Shown in pieces: positions 15,001 through 30,000 of a DNA stretch of 64,000 nucleotides (position 1 is its first letter; every line of letters starts with the position of its first letter). The translations under genes and the position numbers were made by a program. The notes under the pieces are model-generated. The model saw nothing but the letters and a program-made list of their open reading frames with translations, ran no database searches and was not told the DNA's origin. The stretch comes from Eledone cirrhosa (taxonomy: Eukaryota): the NCBI GenBank assembly GCA_964016885.1, contig OZ024741.1, positions 251,100,001-251,164,000 on the forward strand, read 5' to 3'.

Positions 15001-18000
15001 AATTTGTAAAAAAAATCAATGGGAGATAATTTCCAGCCGTCCAAGGGGAGATAATTTCCAGCCAGCCAACGGGAGATAATTTCCAGCCAGCCAAGGGGAG
15101 ATATTTGTAAAAAAAAATCAGGGAGAGATAATTTGTAAAAAAAAAATCAGGGGTAGATAATTTGTAGAAGAAATCAATGGGAGATAATTTCCAGCCGTCC
15201 AAGGGGAGATAATTTCCATCCAGCCAAGGGGAGATAATTTTTTTTAAAAAATGAGGCGGAGATAATTTGTAAAAAAAAATCAGGGTGAGATAATTAGTAA
15301 AAAAATCAAGGGGAGATAATTCCCAGCCGTCCAAGGGGAGATAATTTCCAGCCTTACAAGCGGCTATAATTTCCAACCGTCCAAAGGAAGATAATTTCCA
15401 GCCAGCGAAGGGGAGATAATTTTTTTTAAAATTAGGGGGAGATTTGTAAAAAAAAATCAGGGGGAGATAATTTGTAAAAAAAATCAAGGGGAAATAATTT
15501 CCAGCCGTCCAAGGGGAGATAATTTCCAGCCGTCCAAGGGCAGATAATTTCCAGCCGTCCAAGGAGAGATAATTTCCAGCCGTCCAAGGGCAGATAATTT
15601 CCAGCCGTCCAAGGAGAGGTAATTTCTAGCCGTCCAAGGGGAGATAATTTCCAGCATCCAAGGGGAGATAATTTCCAGCCAGCCAAGGGGAGATAATTTG
15701 TAAAAAAAATCAGGAGATAATTTGTAAAAAAAAATCAGGGGGAGATAATTTGTAAAAAAAAATCAGGGGGAGATAATTTGTAAAAAAAAATCAGGGGGAG
15801 ATAATTTGTAAAAAAAATCAAGGGGAGATAATTTCCAGCCGTCCAAGGGAAGATAATTTCCAGCCCTCCAAGGGAAGATAACTTCCAGCCCTCCAAGGGG
15901 CTATAATTTCCAGCGTCCAAGGGGAGATAATTTCCAGCCAGCGAAGGGGAGATAATTTTTTTAAAAAAATCACTGGGAGATTTGTAAAAAAAATCAGGGG
16001 GAGATAATTTGTAAAAAAAATCAAGGGGAGATAATTTCCAGCCGTCCAAAGAGAGATAATTTCTAATCGTCCAAGGGGAGATAATTTCCAGCCAAGGGGA
16101 GCTAATTTCCAGCCGTCCAAGGGGAGATAATTTTTTAAAAAATCAGGTGGAGATAATTTGTAAAAAAAATCAGGGGAAGATAATTTGTAAAATCAAAATC
16201 AAGGGCAGATAATTTCCAGCCGTCCAAGGGGAGATAATTTCCAGCAGTGCAAGGGGAGATAATTTCCAGCCGTCCAAGGGGAGATAATTTCCATCCTTCC
16301 AAGGGGAGATAATTTCCAGGCGTCCAAGGGGAGATAATTTTCCGCCAGCCAAGGGAAGATCATATTTAAAAAAATCAGGCGGAGATAATTTGTAAAAAAA
16401 ATCAGGGGGAGATAATTTGTAAAAAAATCAGGGTGAAATAATTTGTAAAAAAAAACAGGGGGAGATAATTTGTAAAAAAAATCAGGGCGAGATAATTTGT
16501 AAAAAAAAAATCAGGGGGAGATAATTTGTAAAAAAATCAAGGGGAGATAATTTCCAGCCGTCCAAGGGGAGATAATTTTCAGCCGTCCAATGAGAGGTAA
16601 TTTCTAGCCGTTCAAGGGGAGATAATTTCCAGCCGTCCAAGGGGAGATAATTTCCAGCCGTCCAAGGGGAGATAATTTTAAAAAAAATCAGGCGGAGCTA
16701 ATTTGTAAAATAAATAATCAGGGGCAGATAATTTGTAAAAAAAAATCAGGGGGAGATAATTTGTATACAAAATCAAGGGGAGATAATTTCCAGCCGTCCA
16801 AGGCGAGATAATTTCCAGCCGTCCAAGGGTAGATAATTTACAGCTGTCCAAGGAGAGGTAATTTCTAGGCGTCCAAGGGGAGATAATTTCCAGCCGTCCA
16901 AGGGGAGATAATTTCCAGCCAGCCAAGGGGAGATATTTGTAAAAAAATCAGGGAGAGATAATTTGTAAAAAAAAAATCAGGGGTAGATAATTTGTAGAAG
17001 ACATAAAGGGGAGATAATTTCCAGCCGTCCAAGGGGAGAAAATTTCCATCCAGCCAAGGGGAGATAATTTTTTTAAAAAAATCAGGCGGAGATAATTTGT
17101 AAAAAAAATCAAGGGGAGATAATTTCCAGCCGTCCAAAGAGAGATAATTTCTAATCGTCCAAGGGGAGATAATTTCCAGCCAAGGGGAGATAATTTCCAG
17201 CCGTCCAAGCGGAGATAATTTTCAGCCGTCCAAGGAGAGGTAATTTCTAGCCGTCCAAGGGGAGATAATTTCCAGCCGTGCAAGGGGAGATAATTTCCAG
17301 CCGTCCAAGGGGAGATAATTTCCATCCTTCCAAGGGGAGATAATTTCCAGCCGTCCAAGGGGAGATAATTTCCATCCAGCCAAGGGGAGATAATTTTAAA
17401 AAAATCAGGCGGAGATAATTTGTAAAAAAAAATAATCAGGGGGAGATAATTTGTAAAAAAAAATCAGGGGGAGCTAATTTGTAAAAAAATATCAGGGGGA
17501 GATAATTTCCAGCCAGCCAAGGGGAGATAATTTCCAGCCAGCCAAGGGGAGATAATTTGTAAAAAAAAATCAGGGAGAGAAAATTTGTAAAAAAAAAATC
17601 AGGGGTAGATAATTTGTAGAAGAAATCAATGGGAGATAATTTCCAGCCGTCCAAGGGGAGATAATTTCCATCCAGCCAAGGGGAGATAATTTTTTTTTAA
17701 AAATGAGGCGGAGATAATTTGTAAAAAAAAATCAGGGTGAGATAATTAGTAAAAAAAATCAAGGGGAGATAATTCCCAGCCGTCCAAGGGGAGATAATTT
17801 CCAGCCCTACAAGCGGCTATAATTTCCAACCGTCCAAAGGAAGATAATTTCCAGCCAGCGAAGGGGAGATAATTTTTTTTTTAAAATCACTGGGATATTT
17901 GTAAAAAAAATCAGGGGGAGATAATTTGTAAAAAAATCAAGGGGAGATAATTTCCAGCCGTCCAAAGAGAGATAATTTCTAATCGTCCAAGGGGAGATAA

Positions 18001-21000
18001 TTTCCAGCCAAGGGGAGATAATTTCCAGCCGTCCAAGGGGAGATAATTTTTTAAAAAATCAGGTGGAGATAATTTGTAGAAAAAATCAGGGGAAGATAAT
18101 TTGTAAAATCAAAATCAAGGGCAGATAATTTCCAGCCGTCCAAGGGGAGATAATTTCCAGCAGTGCAAGGGGAGATAATTTCCAGCCGTCCAAGGGGAGA
18201 TAATTTCCATCCTTCCAAGGGCAGATAATTTCCAGCCGTCCAAGGAGAGATAATTTCCAGCCGTCCAAGGGCAGATAATTTCCAGCCGTCCAAGGAGAGG
18301 TAATTTCTAGCCGTCCAAGGGGAGATAATTTCCAGCCTCCAAGGGGAGATAATTTCCAGCCAGCCAAGGGGAGATAATTTGTAAAAAAAATCAGGAGATA
18401 ATTTGTAAAAAAAAATCAGGGGGAGATAATTTGTAAAAAAAAATCAGGGGGAGATAATTTGTAAAAAAAAATCAGGGGGAGATAATTTGTAAAAAAAATC
18501 AAGGGGAGATAATTTCCAGCCGTCCAAGGGAAGATAATTTCCAGCCCTCCAAGGGAAGATAACTTCCAGCCCTCCAAGGGGCTATAATTTCCAGCGTCCA
18601 AGGGGAGATAATTTCCAGCCAGCGAAGGGGAGATAATTTTTATAAAAAAATCACTGGGATATTTGTAAAAAAAATCAGGGGGAGATAATTTGTAAAAAAA
18701 ATCAAGGGGAGAAAATTTCCAGCCGTCCAAAGAGAGATAATTTCTAATCGTCCAAGGGGAGATAATTTCCAGCCAAGGGGAGATAATTTCCAGCCGTCCA
18801 AGGGGAGATAATTTTTTAAAAAATCAGGTGGAGATAATTTGTAAAAAAAATCAGGGGAAGATAATTTGTAAAATCAAAATCAAGGGCAGATAATTTCCAG
18901 CCGTCCAAGGGGAGATAATTTCCAGCAGTGCAAGGGGAGATAATTTCCAGCCGTCCAAGGGGAGATAATTTCCATCCTTCCAAGGGGAGATAATTTCCAG
19001 GCGTCCAAGGGGAGATAATTTTCCGCCAGCCAAGGGAAGATCATATTTAAAAAAATCAGGCGGAGATAATTTGTAAAAAAAATCAGGGGGAGATAATTTG
19101 TAAAAAAATCAGGGTGAAATAATTTGTAAAAAAAAACAGGGGGAGATAATTTGTAAAAAAAAATCAGGGGGAGATAATTAGTAAAAAAAAAATCAGGGGG
19201 AGATAATTTGTAAAAAAATCAAGGGGAGATAATTTCCAGCCGTCCAAGGGGAGATAATTTTCAGCCGTCCAAGGAGAGGTAATTTCTAGCCGTTCAAGGG
19301 GAGATAATTTCCAGCCGTCCAAGGGGAGATAATTTCCAGCCGTCCAAGGGGAGATAATTTTAAAAAAAAATCAGGCGGAGCTAATTTGTAAAATAAATAA
19401 TCAGGGGCAGATAATTTACAGCTGTCCAAGGAGAGGTAATTTCTAGGCGTCCAAGGGGAGATAATTTCCAGCCGTCCAAGGGGAGATAATTTCCAGCCAG
19501 CCAAGGGGAGATATTTGTAAAAAAAATCAGGGAGAGATAATTTGTAAAAAAAAAATCAGGGGTAGATAATTTGTAGAAGACATAAAGGGGAGATAATTTC
19601 CAGCCGTCCAAGGGGAGAAAATTTCCATCCAGCCAAGGGGAGATAATTTTTTTAAAAAAATCAGGCGGAGATAATTTGTAAAAAAAAATCAGGGGGAGAT
19701 AATTAGTAAAAAAATGAAGGGGAGATAATTTCCAGCCGTCCAAGGGGAGATAATTTCCAGCCCTACAAGCAGCTATAATTTCCAGCCGTCCAAAGGGAGA
19801 TAATTTCCAGCCAGCGAAGGGGAGATAATTTTTTTTTAAATTAGGGGGATATTTGTAAAAAAAATCAGGGGGAGACAATTTGTAAAAAAAATCAAGGGGA
19901 AATAATTTCCAGCCGTCCAAGGGGAGATAATTTCCAGCCGTCCAAGGGGAGATAATTTCCAGCCGTCCAAGGAGAGGTAATTTCCAGCCGTCCAAGGGGA
20001 GATAATTTCCAGCCGTCCAAGGGGAGATAATTTCCAGCCGTTGAAGGGGAGATAATTTCCAGCCGTCCAAGGAGAGGTAATTTCTAGCCGTCCAAGGGGA
20101 GATAATTTCCAGCCGTCCAAGGGGAGATAATTTCCAGCCAGCCAAGGGGAGATAATTTGTAAAAAAAAATCAGGGGGAGATAATTTGTAAAAAAAAAATC
20201 AGGAGGAGATAATTTGGAAAAAAAAATCAGGGGTAGATAATTTGTAAAAAAAAATCAGGGGGAGATAATTTGTAAAAAAATCAAGGGGAGATAATTTCCA
20301 GCCGTCCAAGGAGAGATAATTTTCAGCCGTCCAAGGAGAGGTAATTTCTAGCCGTTCAAGGGGAGATAATTTCCAGCCGTCCAAGGGGAGATAATTTCCA
20401 GCCGTCCAAGGGGAGGTAATTTACAGCCGTCCAAGGGGAGATAATTTACAGCTGTCCAAGGAGAGGTAATTTCTAGGCGTCCAAGGGGAGATAATTTCCA
20501 GCCGTCCAAGGGGAGATAATTTCCAGCCAGCCAAGGGGAGATAATTTCCAGCCAGCCAAGGGGAGATATTTGTAAAAAAAATCAGGGAGAGATAATTTGT
20601 AAAAAAAAATCAGGGGTAGATAATTTGTAAAAGACATAAAGGGGAGATAATTTCCAGCCGTCCAAGGGGAGATAATTTTCAGCCGTCCAAGGAGAGGTAA
20701 TTTCTAGCCGTCCAAGGGGAGATAATTTCCAGCCGTCCAAGGGGAGATAATTTCCAGCCGTCCAAGGGGAGATAATTTTCAGCCGTCCAAGGAGAGGTAA
20801 TTTCTAGCCGTCCAAGGGAAGATAATTTCCAGCCCTCCAAGGGAAGATAACTTCCAGCCCTCCAAGGGGCTATAATTTCCAGCGTCCAAGGGGAGATAAT
20901 TTCCAGCCAGCGAAGGGGAGATAATTTTTTTTAAAAAATCACTGGGAGATTTGTAAAAAAAATCAGGGGGAGATAATTTGTAAAAAAAATCAAGGGGAGA

Positions 21001-24000
21001 TAATTTCCAGCCGTCCAAAGAGAGATAATTTCTAGCCGTCCAAGGGGAGATAATTTCCAGCCAAGGGGAGATAATTTCCAGCCGTCCAAGGGGAGATAAT
21101 TTTTTTAAAAATCAGGTGGAGATAATTTGTAAAAAAATCAGGGGAAGATAATTTGTAAAAACAAAATCAAGGGCAGATAATTTCCAGCCGTCCAAGGGGA
21201 GATAATTTCCAGCAGTGCAAGGGGAGATAATTTCCAGCCGTCCAAGGGGAGATAATTTCCATCCTTCCAAGGGGAGATAATTTCCAGCCGTCCAAGGGGA
21301 GATAATTTCCCGCCAGCCAAGGGAAGATAATATTTAAAAAAATCAGGCGGAGATAATTTGTAAAAAAAATCAGGGGTAGATAATTTGTAAAAAAATCGGG
21401 GGGAGATAATTTGTAAAAAAAAATCAGGGGGAGATAATTTGTAAAAAAAATCAGGGGGAGATAATTTGTAAAAAAAATCAGGGGTAGATAATTTGTAAAA
21501 AAAAATCAGGGGGAGATAATTTGGAAAAAAAAATCAAGGGGAGATAATTTCCAGCCGTCCAAGGGGAGATAATTTTCAGCCGTCCAAGGAGAGGTAATTT
21601 CTAGCCGTTCAAGGGGAGATAATTTCCAGCCGTCCAAGGGGAGATAATTTCCAGCCGTCCAAGGGGAGATAATTTTTAAAAAAAATCAGGCGGAGCTAAT
21701 TTGTAAAAAAATAATCAGGGGCAGATAATTTGTAAAAAAAAATCAGGGCGAGATAATTTGTATACAAAATCAAGGGGAGATAATTTCCAGCCGTCCAAGG
21801 CGAGATAATTTCCAGCCGTCCAAGGGGAGATAATTTACAGCTGTCCAAGTAGAGGTGATTTCTAGGCGTCCAAGGGGAGATAATTTCCAGCCGTCCAAGG
21901 GGAGATAATTTCCAGCCAGCCAAGGGGAGATAATTTCCAGCCAGCCAAGGGGAGATATTTGTAAAAAAAAATCAGGGGGAGCTAATTTGTAAAAAAAAAT
22001 CAGGGGGAGATAATTTGTAAAAAAAATCAAGGGGAGATAATTTCCAGCCGTCCAAGGGGAGATAATTTTCAGCCGTCCAAGGAGAGGTAATTTCTAGCCG
22101 TCCAAGGGGAGATAATTTCCAGCCGTCCAAGGGGAGATAATTTTTAAAAAAATCAGGTGGAGATAATTTGTAAAAAAAAAATCAGGGGGAGATAATTTGT
22201 AAAAAAAAATCAGGGGGAGCTAATTTGTAAAAAAATATCAGGGGGAGATAATTTCCAGCCAGCCAAGGGGAGATAATTTCCAGCCAGCCAAGGGGAGATA
22301 ATTTCCAGCCAGCCAAGGGGAGATAATTTCCAGCCAGCCAAGGGGAGATAATTTGTAAAAAAAAATCAGGGTGAGATAATTAGTAAAAAAATCAAGGGGA
22401 GATAATTCCCAGCCGTCCAAGGGGAGATAATTTCCAGCCCTACAAGCGGCTATAATTTCCAGCCGTCCAAAGGAAGATAATTTCCAGCCAGCGAAGGGGA
22501 GATAATTTTTTTTTAAAAATCTCTGGGAGATTTGTAAAAAAAATCAGGGGGAGATAATTTGTAAAAAAAATCAAGGGGAAATAATTTCCAGCCGTCCAAG
22601 GGGAGATAATTTCCATCCGTCCAAGGGCAGATAATTTCCAGCCAAGGGTAGATAATTTCCAGCCGTCCAAGAGGAGATAATTTTTTTAAATATCAGGTGG
22701 AGATAATTTGTAAAAAAAATCAGGGGGAGATAATTTGTAAAAACAAAATCAAGGGCAGATAATTTCCAGCCGTCCAAGGGGAGATAATTTCCAGCCGTGC
22801 AAGGGGAGATAATTTGTAAAAAAAATCAGGGGGAGATAATTTCCAGCCGTCCAAGGGGAGATAATTTTCAGCCGTCCAAGGAGAGGTAATTTCTAGGCGT
22901 CCAAGGGAAGATAATTTCCAGCCGTGCAAGGGGAGATAATTTCCAGCCGTCCAAGGGGAGATAATTTTCATCCTTCCAAGGGGAGATAATTTCCAGCCGT
23001 CCAAGGGGAGATAATTTCCAGCCGTTCAAGGGGAGATAATTTCCAGCCGTTCAAGGGGAGATAATTTCTAGCCGTCCAAGGTGAGATAATTTCCAGCCGT
23101 CCAAGGGGAGATAAATTCCAGCCTCCAAGGGGAGATAATTTCATTCCAGCCAAGGGGAGATAATTTGTAAAACAATCAGGGGGAGATAATTTGTAAAAAA
23201 AAATCAGGGGGAGATAATTTGTAAAAAAAAATCAGGGGTGATAATATGTAAAAAAAATCAAGGGGAGATAATTTCCAGCCGTCCAAGGGAAGATAATTTC
23301 CAGCCCTCCAAGGGGCTATAATTTCCAGCGTCCAAGGGGAGGTAATTTCCAGCCAGCGAAGGGGAGATAATTTTTTTTAAAAAATCACTGGGAGATTTGT
23401 AAAAAAAATCAGGGGGAGATAATTTGTAAAAAAAATCAAGGGGAGATAATTTCCAGCCGTCCAAAGAGAGATAATTTCTAATCGTCCAAGGGGAGATAAT
23501 TTCCAGCCAAGGGGAGATAATTTCCAGCCGTCCAAGGGGAGATAATTTTTTTAAATATCAGGTGGAGATAATTTGTAAAAAAAATCAGGGGGAGATAATT
23601 TGTAAAAACAAAATCAAGGGCAGATAATTTCCAGCCGTCCAAGGGGAGATAATTTCCAGCCGTGCAAGGGGAGATAATTTGTAAAAAAATCAGGGGGAGA
23701 TAATTTCCAGCCGTCCAAGGGGAGATAATTTTCAGCCGTCCAAGGAGAGGTAATTTCTAGCCGTCCAAGGGGAGATAATTTCCAGCCGTGCAAGGGGAGA
23801 TAATTTCCAGCCGTCCAAGGGGAGATAATTTCCATCCTTCTAAGGGGAGATAATTTCCAGCCGTCCAAGGGGAGATAATTTCCATCCAGCCAAGGGGAGA
23901 TAATTTTTAAAAAATCAGGCGGAGATAATTTGTAAAAAAAAAAATCAGGGGGAGATAATTTGTAAAAAAAAATCAGGGGGAGCTAATTTGTAAAAAAATA

Positions 24001-27000
24001 TCAGGGGGAGATAATTTCCAGCCAGCCAAGGGGAGATAATTTCCAGCCAGCCAAGGGGAGATAATTTGTAAAAAAAATCAATGGGAGATAATTTCCAGCC
24101 GTCCAAGGGGAGATAATTTCCAGCCAGCCAACGGGAGATAATTTCCAGCCAGCCAAGGGGAGATATTTGTAAAAAAAAATCAGGGAGAGATAATTTGTAA
24201 AAAAAAATCAGGGGTAGATAATTTGTAGAAGAAATCAATGGGAGATAATTTCCAGCCGTCCAAGGGGAGATAATTTCCATCCAGCCAAGGGGAGATAATT
24301 TTTTTTAAAAAATGAGGCGGAGATAATTTGTAAAAAAAAATCAGGGTGAGATAATTAGTAAAAAAATCAATGGGAGATAATTCCCAGCCGTCCAAGGGGA
24401 GATAATTTCCAGCCCTAAAAGCGGCTATAATTTCCAACCGTCCAAAGGAAGATAATTTCCAGCCAGCGAAGGGGAGATAATTTTTTTTAAAATTAGGGGG
24501 AGATTTGTAAAAAAAAATCAGGGGGAGATAATTTGTAAAAAAAATCAAGGGGAAATAATTTCCAGCCGTCCAAGGGGAGATAATTTCCAGCCGTCCAAGG
24601 GCAGATAATTTCCAGCCGTCCAAGGAGAGATAATTTCCAGCCGTCCAAGGGCAGATAATTTCCAGCCGTCCAAGGAGAGGTAATTTCTAGCCGTCCAAGG
24701 GGAGATAATTTCCAGCCTCCAAGGGGAGATAATTTCCAGCCAGCCAAGGGGAGATAATTTGTAAAAAAAATCAGGAGATAATTTGTAAAAAAAAATCAGG
24801 GGGAGATAATTTGTAAAAAAAAATCAGGGGGAGATAATTTTTAAAAAAAAATCAGGGGGAGATAATTTGTAAAAAAAATCAAGGGGAGATAATTTCCAGC
24901 CGTCCAAGGGAAGATAATTTCCAGCCCTCCAAGGGAAGATAACTTCCAGCCCTCCAAGGGGCTATAATTTCCAGCGTCCAAGGGGAGATAATTTCCAGCC
25001 AGCGAAGGGGAGATAATTTTTTTAAAAAAATCACTGGGAGATTTGTAAAAAAAATCAGGGGGAGATAATTTGTAAAAAAAATCAAGGGGAGATAATTTCC
25101 AGCCGTCCAAAGAGAGATAATTTCTAATCGTCCAAGGGGAGATAATTTCCAGCCAAGGGGAGATAATTTCCAGCCGTCCAAGGGGAGATAATTTTTTAAA
25201 AAATCAGGTGGAGATAATTTGTAAAAAAAATCAGGGGAAGATAATTTGTAAAATCAAAATCAAGGGCAGATAATTTCCAGCCGTCCAAGGGGAGATAATT
25301 TCCAGCAGTGCAAGGGGAGATAATTTCCAGCCGTCCAAGGGGAGATAATTTCCATCCTTCCAAGGGGAGATAATTTCCAGGCGTCCAACGGGAGATAATT
25401 TTCCGCCAGCCAAGGGAAGATCATATTTAAAAAAATCAGGCGGAGATAATTTGTAAAAAAAATCAGGGGGAGATAATTTGTAAAAAAATCAGGGTGAAAT
25501 AATTTGTAAAAAAAAACAGGGGGAGATAATTTGTAAAAAAAAATCAGGGGGAGATAATTTGTAAAAACAAAATCAAGGGCAGATAATTTCCAGCCGTCCA
25601 AGGGGATATAATTTCCAGCCGTGCAAGGGGAGATAATTTGTAAAAAAATCAGGGGGAGATAATTTCCAGCCGTCCAAGGGGAGATAATTTTCAGCCGTCC
25701 AAGGAGAGGTAATTTCTAGCCGTCCAAGGGGAGATAATTTCCAGCCGTGCAAGGGGAGATAATTTCCAGCCGTCCAAGGGGAGATAATTTCCATCCTTCT
25801 AAGGGGAGATAATTTCCAGCCGTCCAAGGGGAGATAATTTCCATCCAGCCAAGGGGAGATAATTTTTAAAAAATCAGGCGGAGATAATTTGTAAAAAAAA
25901 AAATCAGGGGGAGATAATTTGTAAAAAAAAATCAGGGGGAGCTAATTTGTAAAAAAATATCAGGGGGAGATAATTTCCAGTCAGCCAAGGGGAGATAATT
26001 TCCAGCCAGCCAAGGGGAGATAATTTGTAAAAAAAATCAATGGGAGATAATTTCCAGCCGTCCAAGGGGAGATAATTTCCAGCCAGCCAACGGGAGATAA
26101 TTTCCAGCCAGCCAAGGGGAGATATTTGTAAAAAAAAATCAGGGAGAGATAATTTGTAAAAAAAAAATCAGGGGTAGATAATTTGTAGAAGAAATCAATG
26201 GGAGATAATTTCCAGCCGTCCAAGGGGAGATAATTTCCATCCAGCCAAGGGGAGATAATTTTTTTTAAAAAATGAGGCGGAGATAATTTGTAAAAAAAAA
26301 TCAGGGTGAGATAATTAGTAAAAAAATCAAGGGGAGATAATTCCCAGCCGTCCAAGGGGAGATAATTTCCAGCCTTACAAGCGGCTATAATTTCCAACCG
26401 TCCAAAGGAAGATAATTTCCAGCCAGCGAAGGGGAGATAATTTTTTTTAAAATTAGGGGGAGATTTGTAAAAAAAAATCAGGGGGAGATAATTTGTAAAA
26501 AAAATCAAGGGGAAATAATTTCCAGCCGTCCAAGGGGAGATAATTTCCAGCCGTCCAAGGGCAGATAATTTCCAGCCGTCCAAGGAGAGATAATTTCCAG
26601 CCGTCCAAGGGCAGATAATTTCCAGCCGTCCAAGGAGAGGTAATTTCTAGCCGTCCAAGGGGAGATAATTTCCAGCATCCAAGGGGAGATAATTTCCAGC
26701 CAGCCAAGGGGAGATAATTTGTAAAAAAAATCAGGAGATAATTTGTAAAAAAAAATCAGGGGGAGATAATTTGTAAAAAAAAATCAGGGGGAGATAATTT
26801 GTAAAAAAAAATCAGGGGGAGATAATTTGTAAAAAAAATCAAGGGGAGATAATTTCCAGCCGTCCAAGGGAAGATAATTTCCAGCCCTCCAAGGGAAGAT
26901 AACTTCCAGCCCTCCAAGGGGCTATAATTTCCAGCGTCCAAGGGGAGATAATTTCCAGCCAGCGAAGGGGAGATAATTTTTTTAAAAAAATCACTGGGAG

Positions 27001-30000
27001 ATTTGTAAAAAAAATCAGGGGGAGATAATTTGTAAAAAAAATCAAGGGGAGATAATTTCCAGCCGTCCAAAGAGAGATAATTTCTAATCGTCCAAGGGGA
27101 GATAATTTCCAGCCAAGGGGAGCTAATTTCCAGCCGTCCAAGGGGAGATAATTTTTTAAAAAATCAGGTGGAGATAATTTGTAAAAAAAATCAGGGGAAG
27201 ATAATTTGTAAAATCAAAATCAAGGGCAGATAATTTCCAGCCGTCCAAGGGGAGATAATTTCCAGCAGTGCAAGGGGAGATAATTTCCAGCCGTCCAAGG
27301 GGAGATAATTTCCATCCTTCCAAGGGGAGATAATTTCCAGGCGTCCAAGGGGAGATAATTTTCCGCCAGCCAAGGGAAGATCATATTTAAAAAAATCAGG
27401 CGGAGATAATTTGTAAAAAAAATCAGGGGGAGATAATTTGTAAAAAAATCAGGGTGAAATAATTTGTAAAAAAAAACAGGGGGAGATAATTTGTAAAAAA
27501 AATCAGGGCGAGATAATTTGTAAAAAAAAAATCAGGGGGAGATAATTTGTAAAAAAATCAAGGGGAGATAATTTCCAGCCGTCCAAGGGGAGATAATTTT
27601 CAGCCGTCCAATGAGAGGTAATTTCTAGCCGTTCAAGGGGAGATAATTTCCAGCCGTCCAAGGGGAGATAATTTCCAGCCGTCCAAGGGGAGATAATTTT
27701 AAAAAAAATCAGGCGGAGCTAATTTGTAAAATAAATAATCAGGGGCAGATAATTTGTAAAAAAAAATCAGGGGGAGATAATTTGTATACAAAATCAAGGG
27801 GAGATAATTTCCAGCCGTCCAAGGCGAGATAATTTCCAGCCGTCCAAGGGTAGATAATTTACAGCTGTCCAAGGAGAGGTAATTTCTAGGCGTCCAAGGG
27901 GAGATAATTTCCAGCCGTCCAAGGGGAGATAATTTCCAGCCAGCCAAGGGGAGATATTTGTAAAAAAATCAGGGAGAGATAATTTGTAAAAAAAAAATCA
28001 GGGGTAGATAATTTGTAGAAGACATAAAGGGGAGATAATTTCCAGCCGTCCAAGGGGAGAAAATTTCCATCCAGCCAAGGGGAGATAATTTTTTTAAAAA
28101 AATCAGGCGGAGATAATTTGTAAAAAAAATCAAGGGGAGATAATTTCCAGCCGTCCAAAGAGAGATAATTTCTAATCGTCCAAGGGGAGATAATTTCCAG
28201 CCAAGGGGAGATAATTTCCAGCCGTCCAAGCGGAGATAATTTTCAGCCGTCCAAGGAGAGGTAATTTCTAGCCGTCCAAGGGGAGATAATTTCCAGCCGT
28301 GCAAGGGGAGATAATTTCCAGCCGTCCAAGGGGAGATAATTTCCATCCTTCCAAGGGGAGATAATTTCCAGCCGTCCAAGGGGAGATAATTTCCATCCAG
28401 CCAAGGGGAGATAATTTTAAAAAAATCAGGCGGAGATAATTTGTAAAAAAAAATAATCAGGGGGAGATAATTTGTAAAAAAAAATCAGGGGGAGCTAATT
28501 TGTAAAAAAATATCAGGGGGAGATAATTTCCAGCCAGCCAAGGGGAGATAATTTCCAGCCAGCCAAGGGGAGATAATTTGTAAAAAAAAATCAGGGAGAG
28601 AAAATTTGTAAAAAAAAAATCAGGGGTAGATAATTTGTAGAAGAAATCAATGGGAGATAATTTCCAGCCGTCCAAGGGGAGATAATTTCCATCCAGCCAA
28701 GGGGAGATAATTTTTTTTTAAAAATGAGGCGGAGATAATTTGTAAAAAAAAATCAGGGTGAGATAATTAGTAAAAAAAATCAAGGGGAGATAATTCCCAG
28801 CCGTCCAAGGGGAGATAATTTCCAGCCCTACAAGCGGCTATAATTTCCAACCGTCCAAAGGAAGATAATTTCCAGCCAGCGAAGGGGAGATAATTTTTTT
28901 TAAAAAATCACTGGGATATTTGTAAAAAAAATCAGGGGGAGATAATTTGTAAAAAAATCAAGGGGAGATAATTTCCAGCCGTCCAAAGAGAGATAATTTC
29001 TAATCGTCCAAGGGGAGATAATTTCCAGCCAAGGGGAGATAATTTCCAGCCGTCCAAGGGGAGATAATTTTTTAAAAAATCAGGTGGAGATAATTTGTAG
29101 AAAAAATCAGGGGAAGATAATTTGTAAAATCAAAATCAAGGGCAGATAATTTCCAGCCGTCCAAGGGGAGATAATTTCCAGCAGTGCAAGGGGAGATAAT
29201 TTCCAGCCGTCCAAGGGGAGATAATTTCCATCCTTCCAAGGGCAGATAATTTCCAGCCGTCCAAGGAGAGATAATTTCCAGCCGTCCAAGGGCAGATAAT
29301 TTCCAGCCGTCCAAGGAGAGGTAATTTCTAGCCGTCCAAGGGGAGATAATTTCCAGCCTCCAAGGGGAGATAATTTCCAGCCAGCCAAGGGGAGATAATT
29401 TGTAAAAAAAAATCAGGGGGAGATAATTTGTAAAAAAAAATCAGGGGGAGATAATTTGTAAAAAAAAAATCAGGGGGAGATAATTTGTAAAAAAAATCAA
29501 GGGGAGATAATTTCCAGCCGTCCAAGGGAAGATAATTTCCAGCCCTCCAAGGGAAGATAACTTCCAGCCCTCCAAGGGGCTATAATTTCCAGCGTCCAAG
29601 GGGAGATAATTTCCAGCCAGCGAAGGGGAGATAATTTTTATAAAAAAATCACTGGGATATTTGTAAAAAAAATCAGGGGGAGATAATTTGTAAAAAAAAA
29701 ATCAGGGGTAGATAATTTGTAGAAGACATAAAGGGGAGATAATTTCCAGCCGTCCAAGGGGAGAAAATTTCCATCCAGCCAAGGGGAGATAATTTTTTTA
29801 AAAAAATCAGGCGGAGATAATTTGTAAAAAAAAATCAGGGGGAGATAATTAGTAAAAAAATGAAGGGGAGATAATTTCCAGCCGTCCAAGGGGAGATAAT
29901 TTCCAGCCCTACAAGCAGCTATAATTTCCAGCCGTCCAAAGGGAGATAATTTCCAGCCAGCGAAGGGGAGATAATTTTTTTTTAAATTAGGGGGATATTT

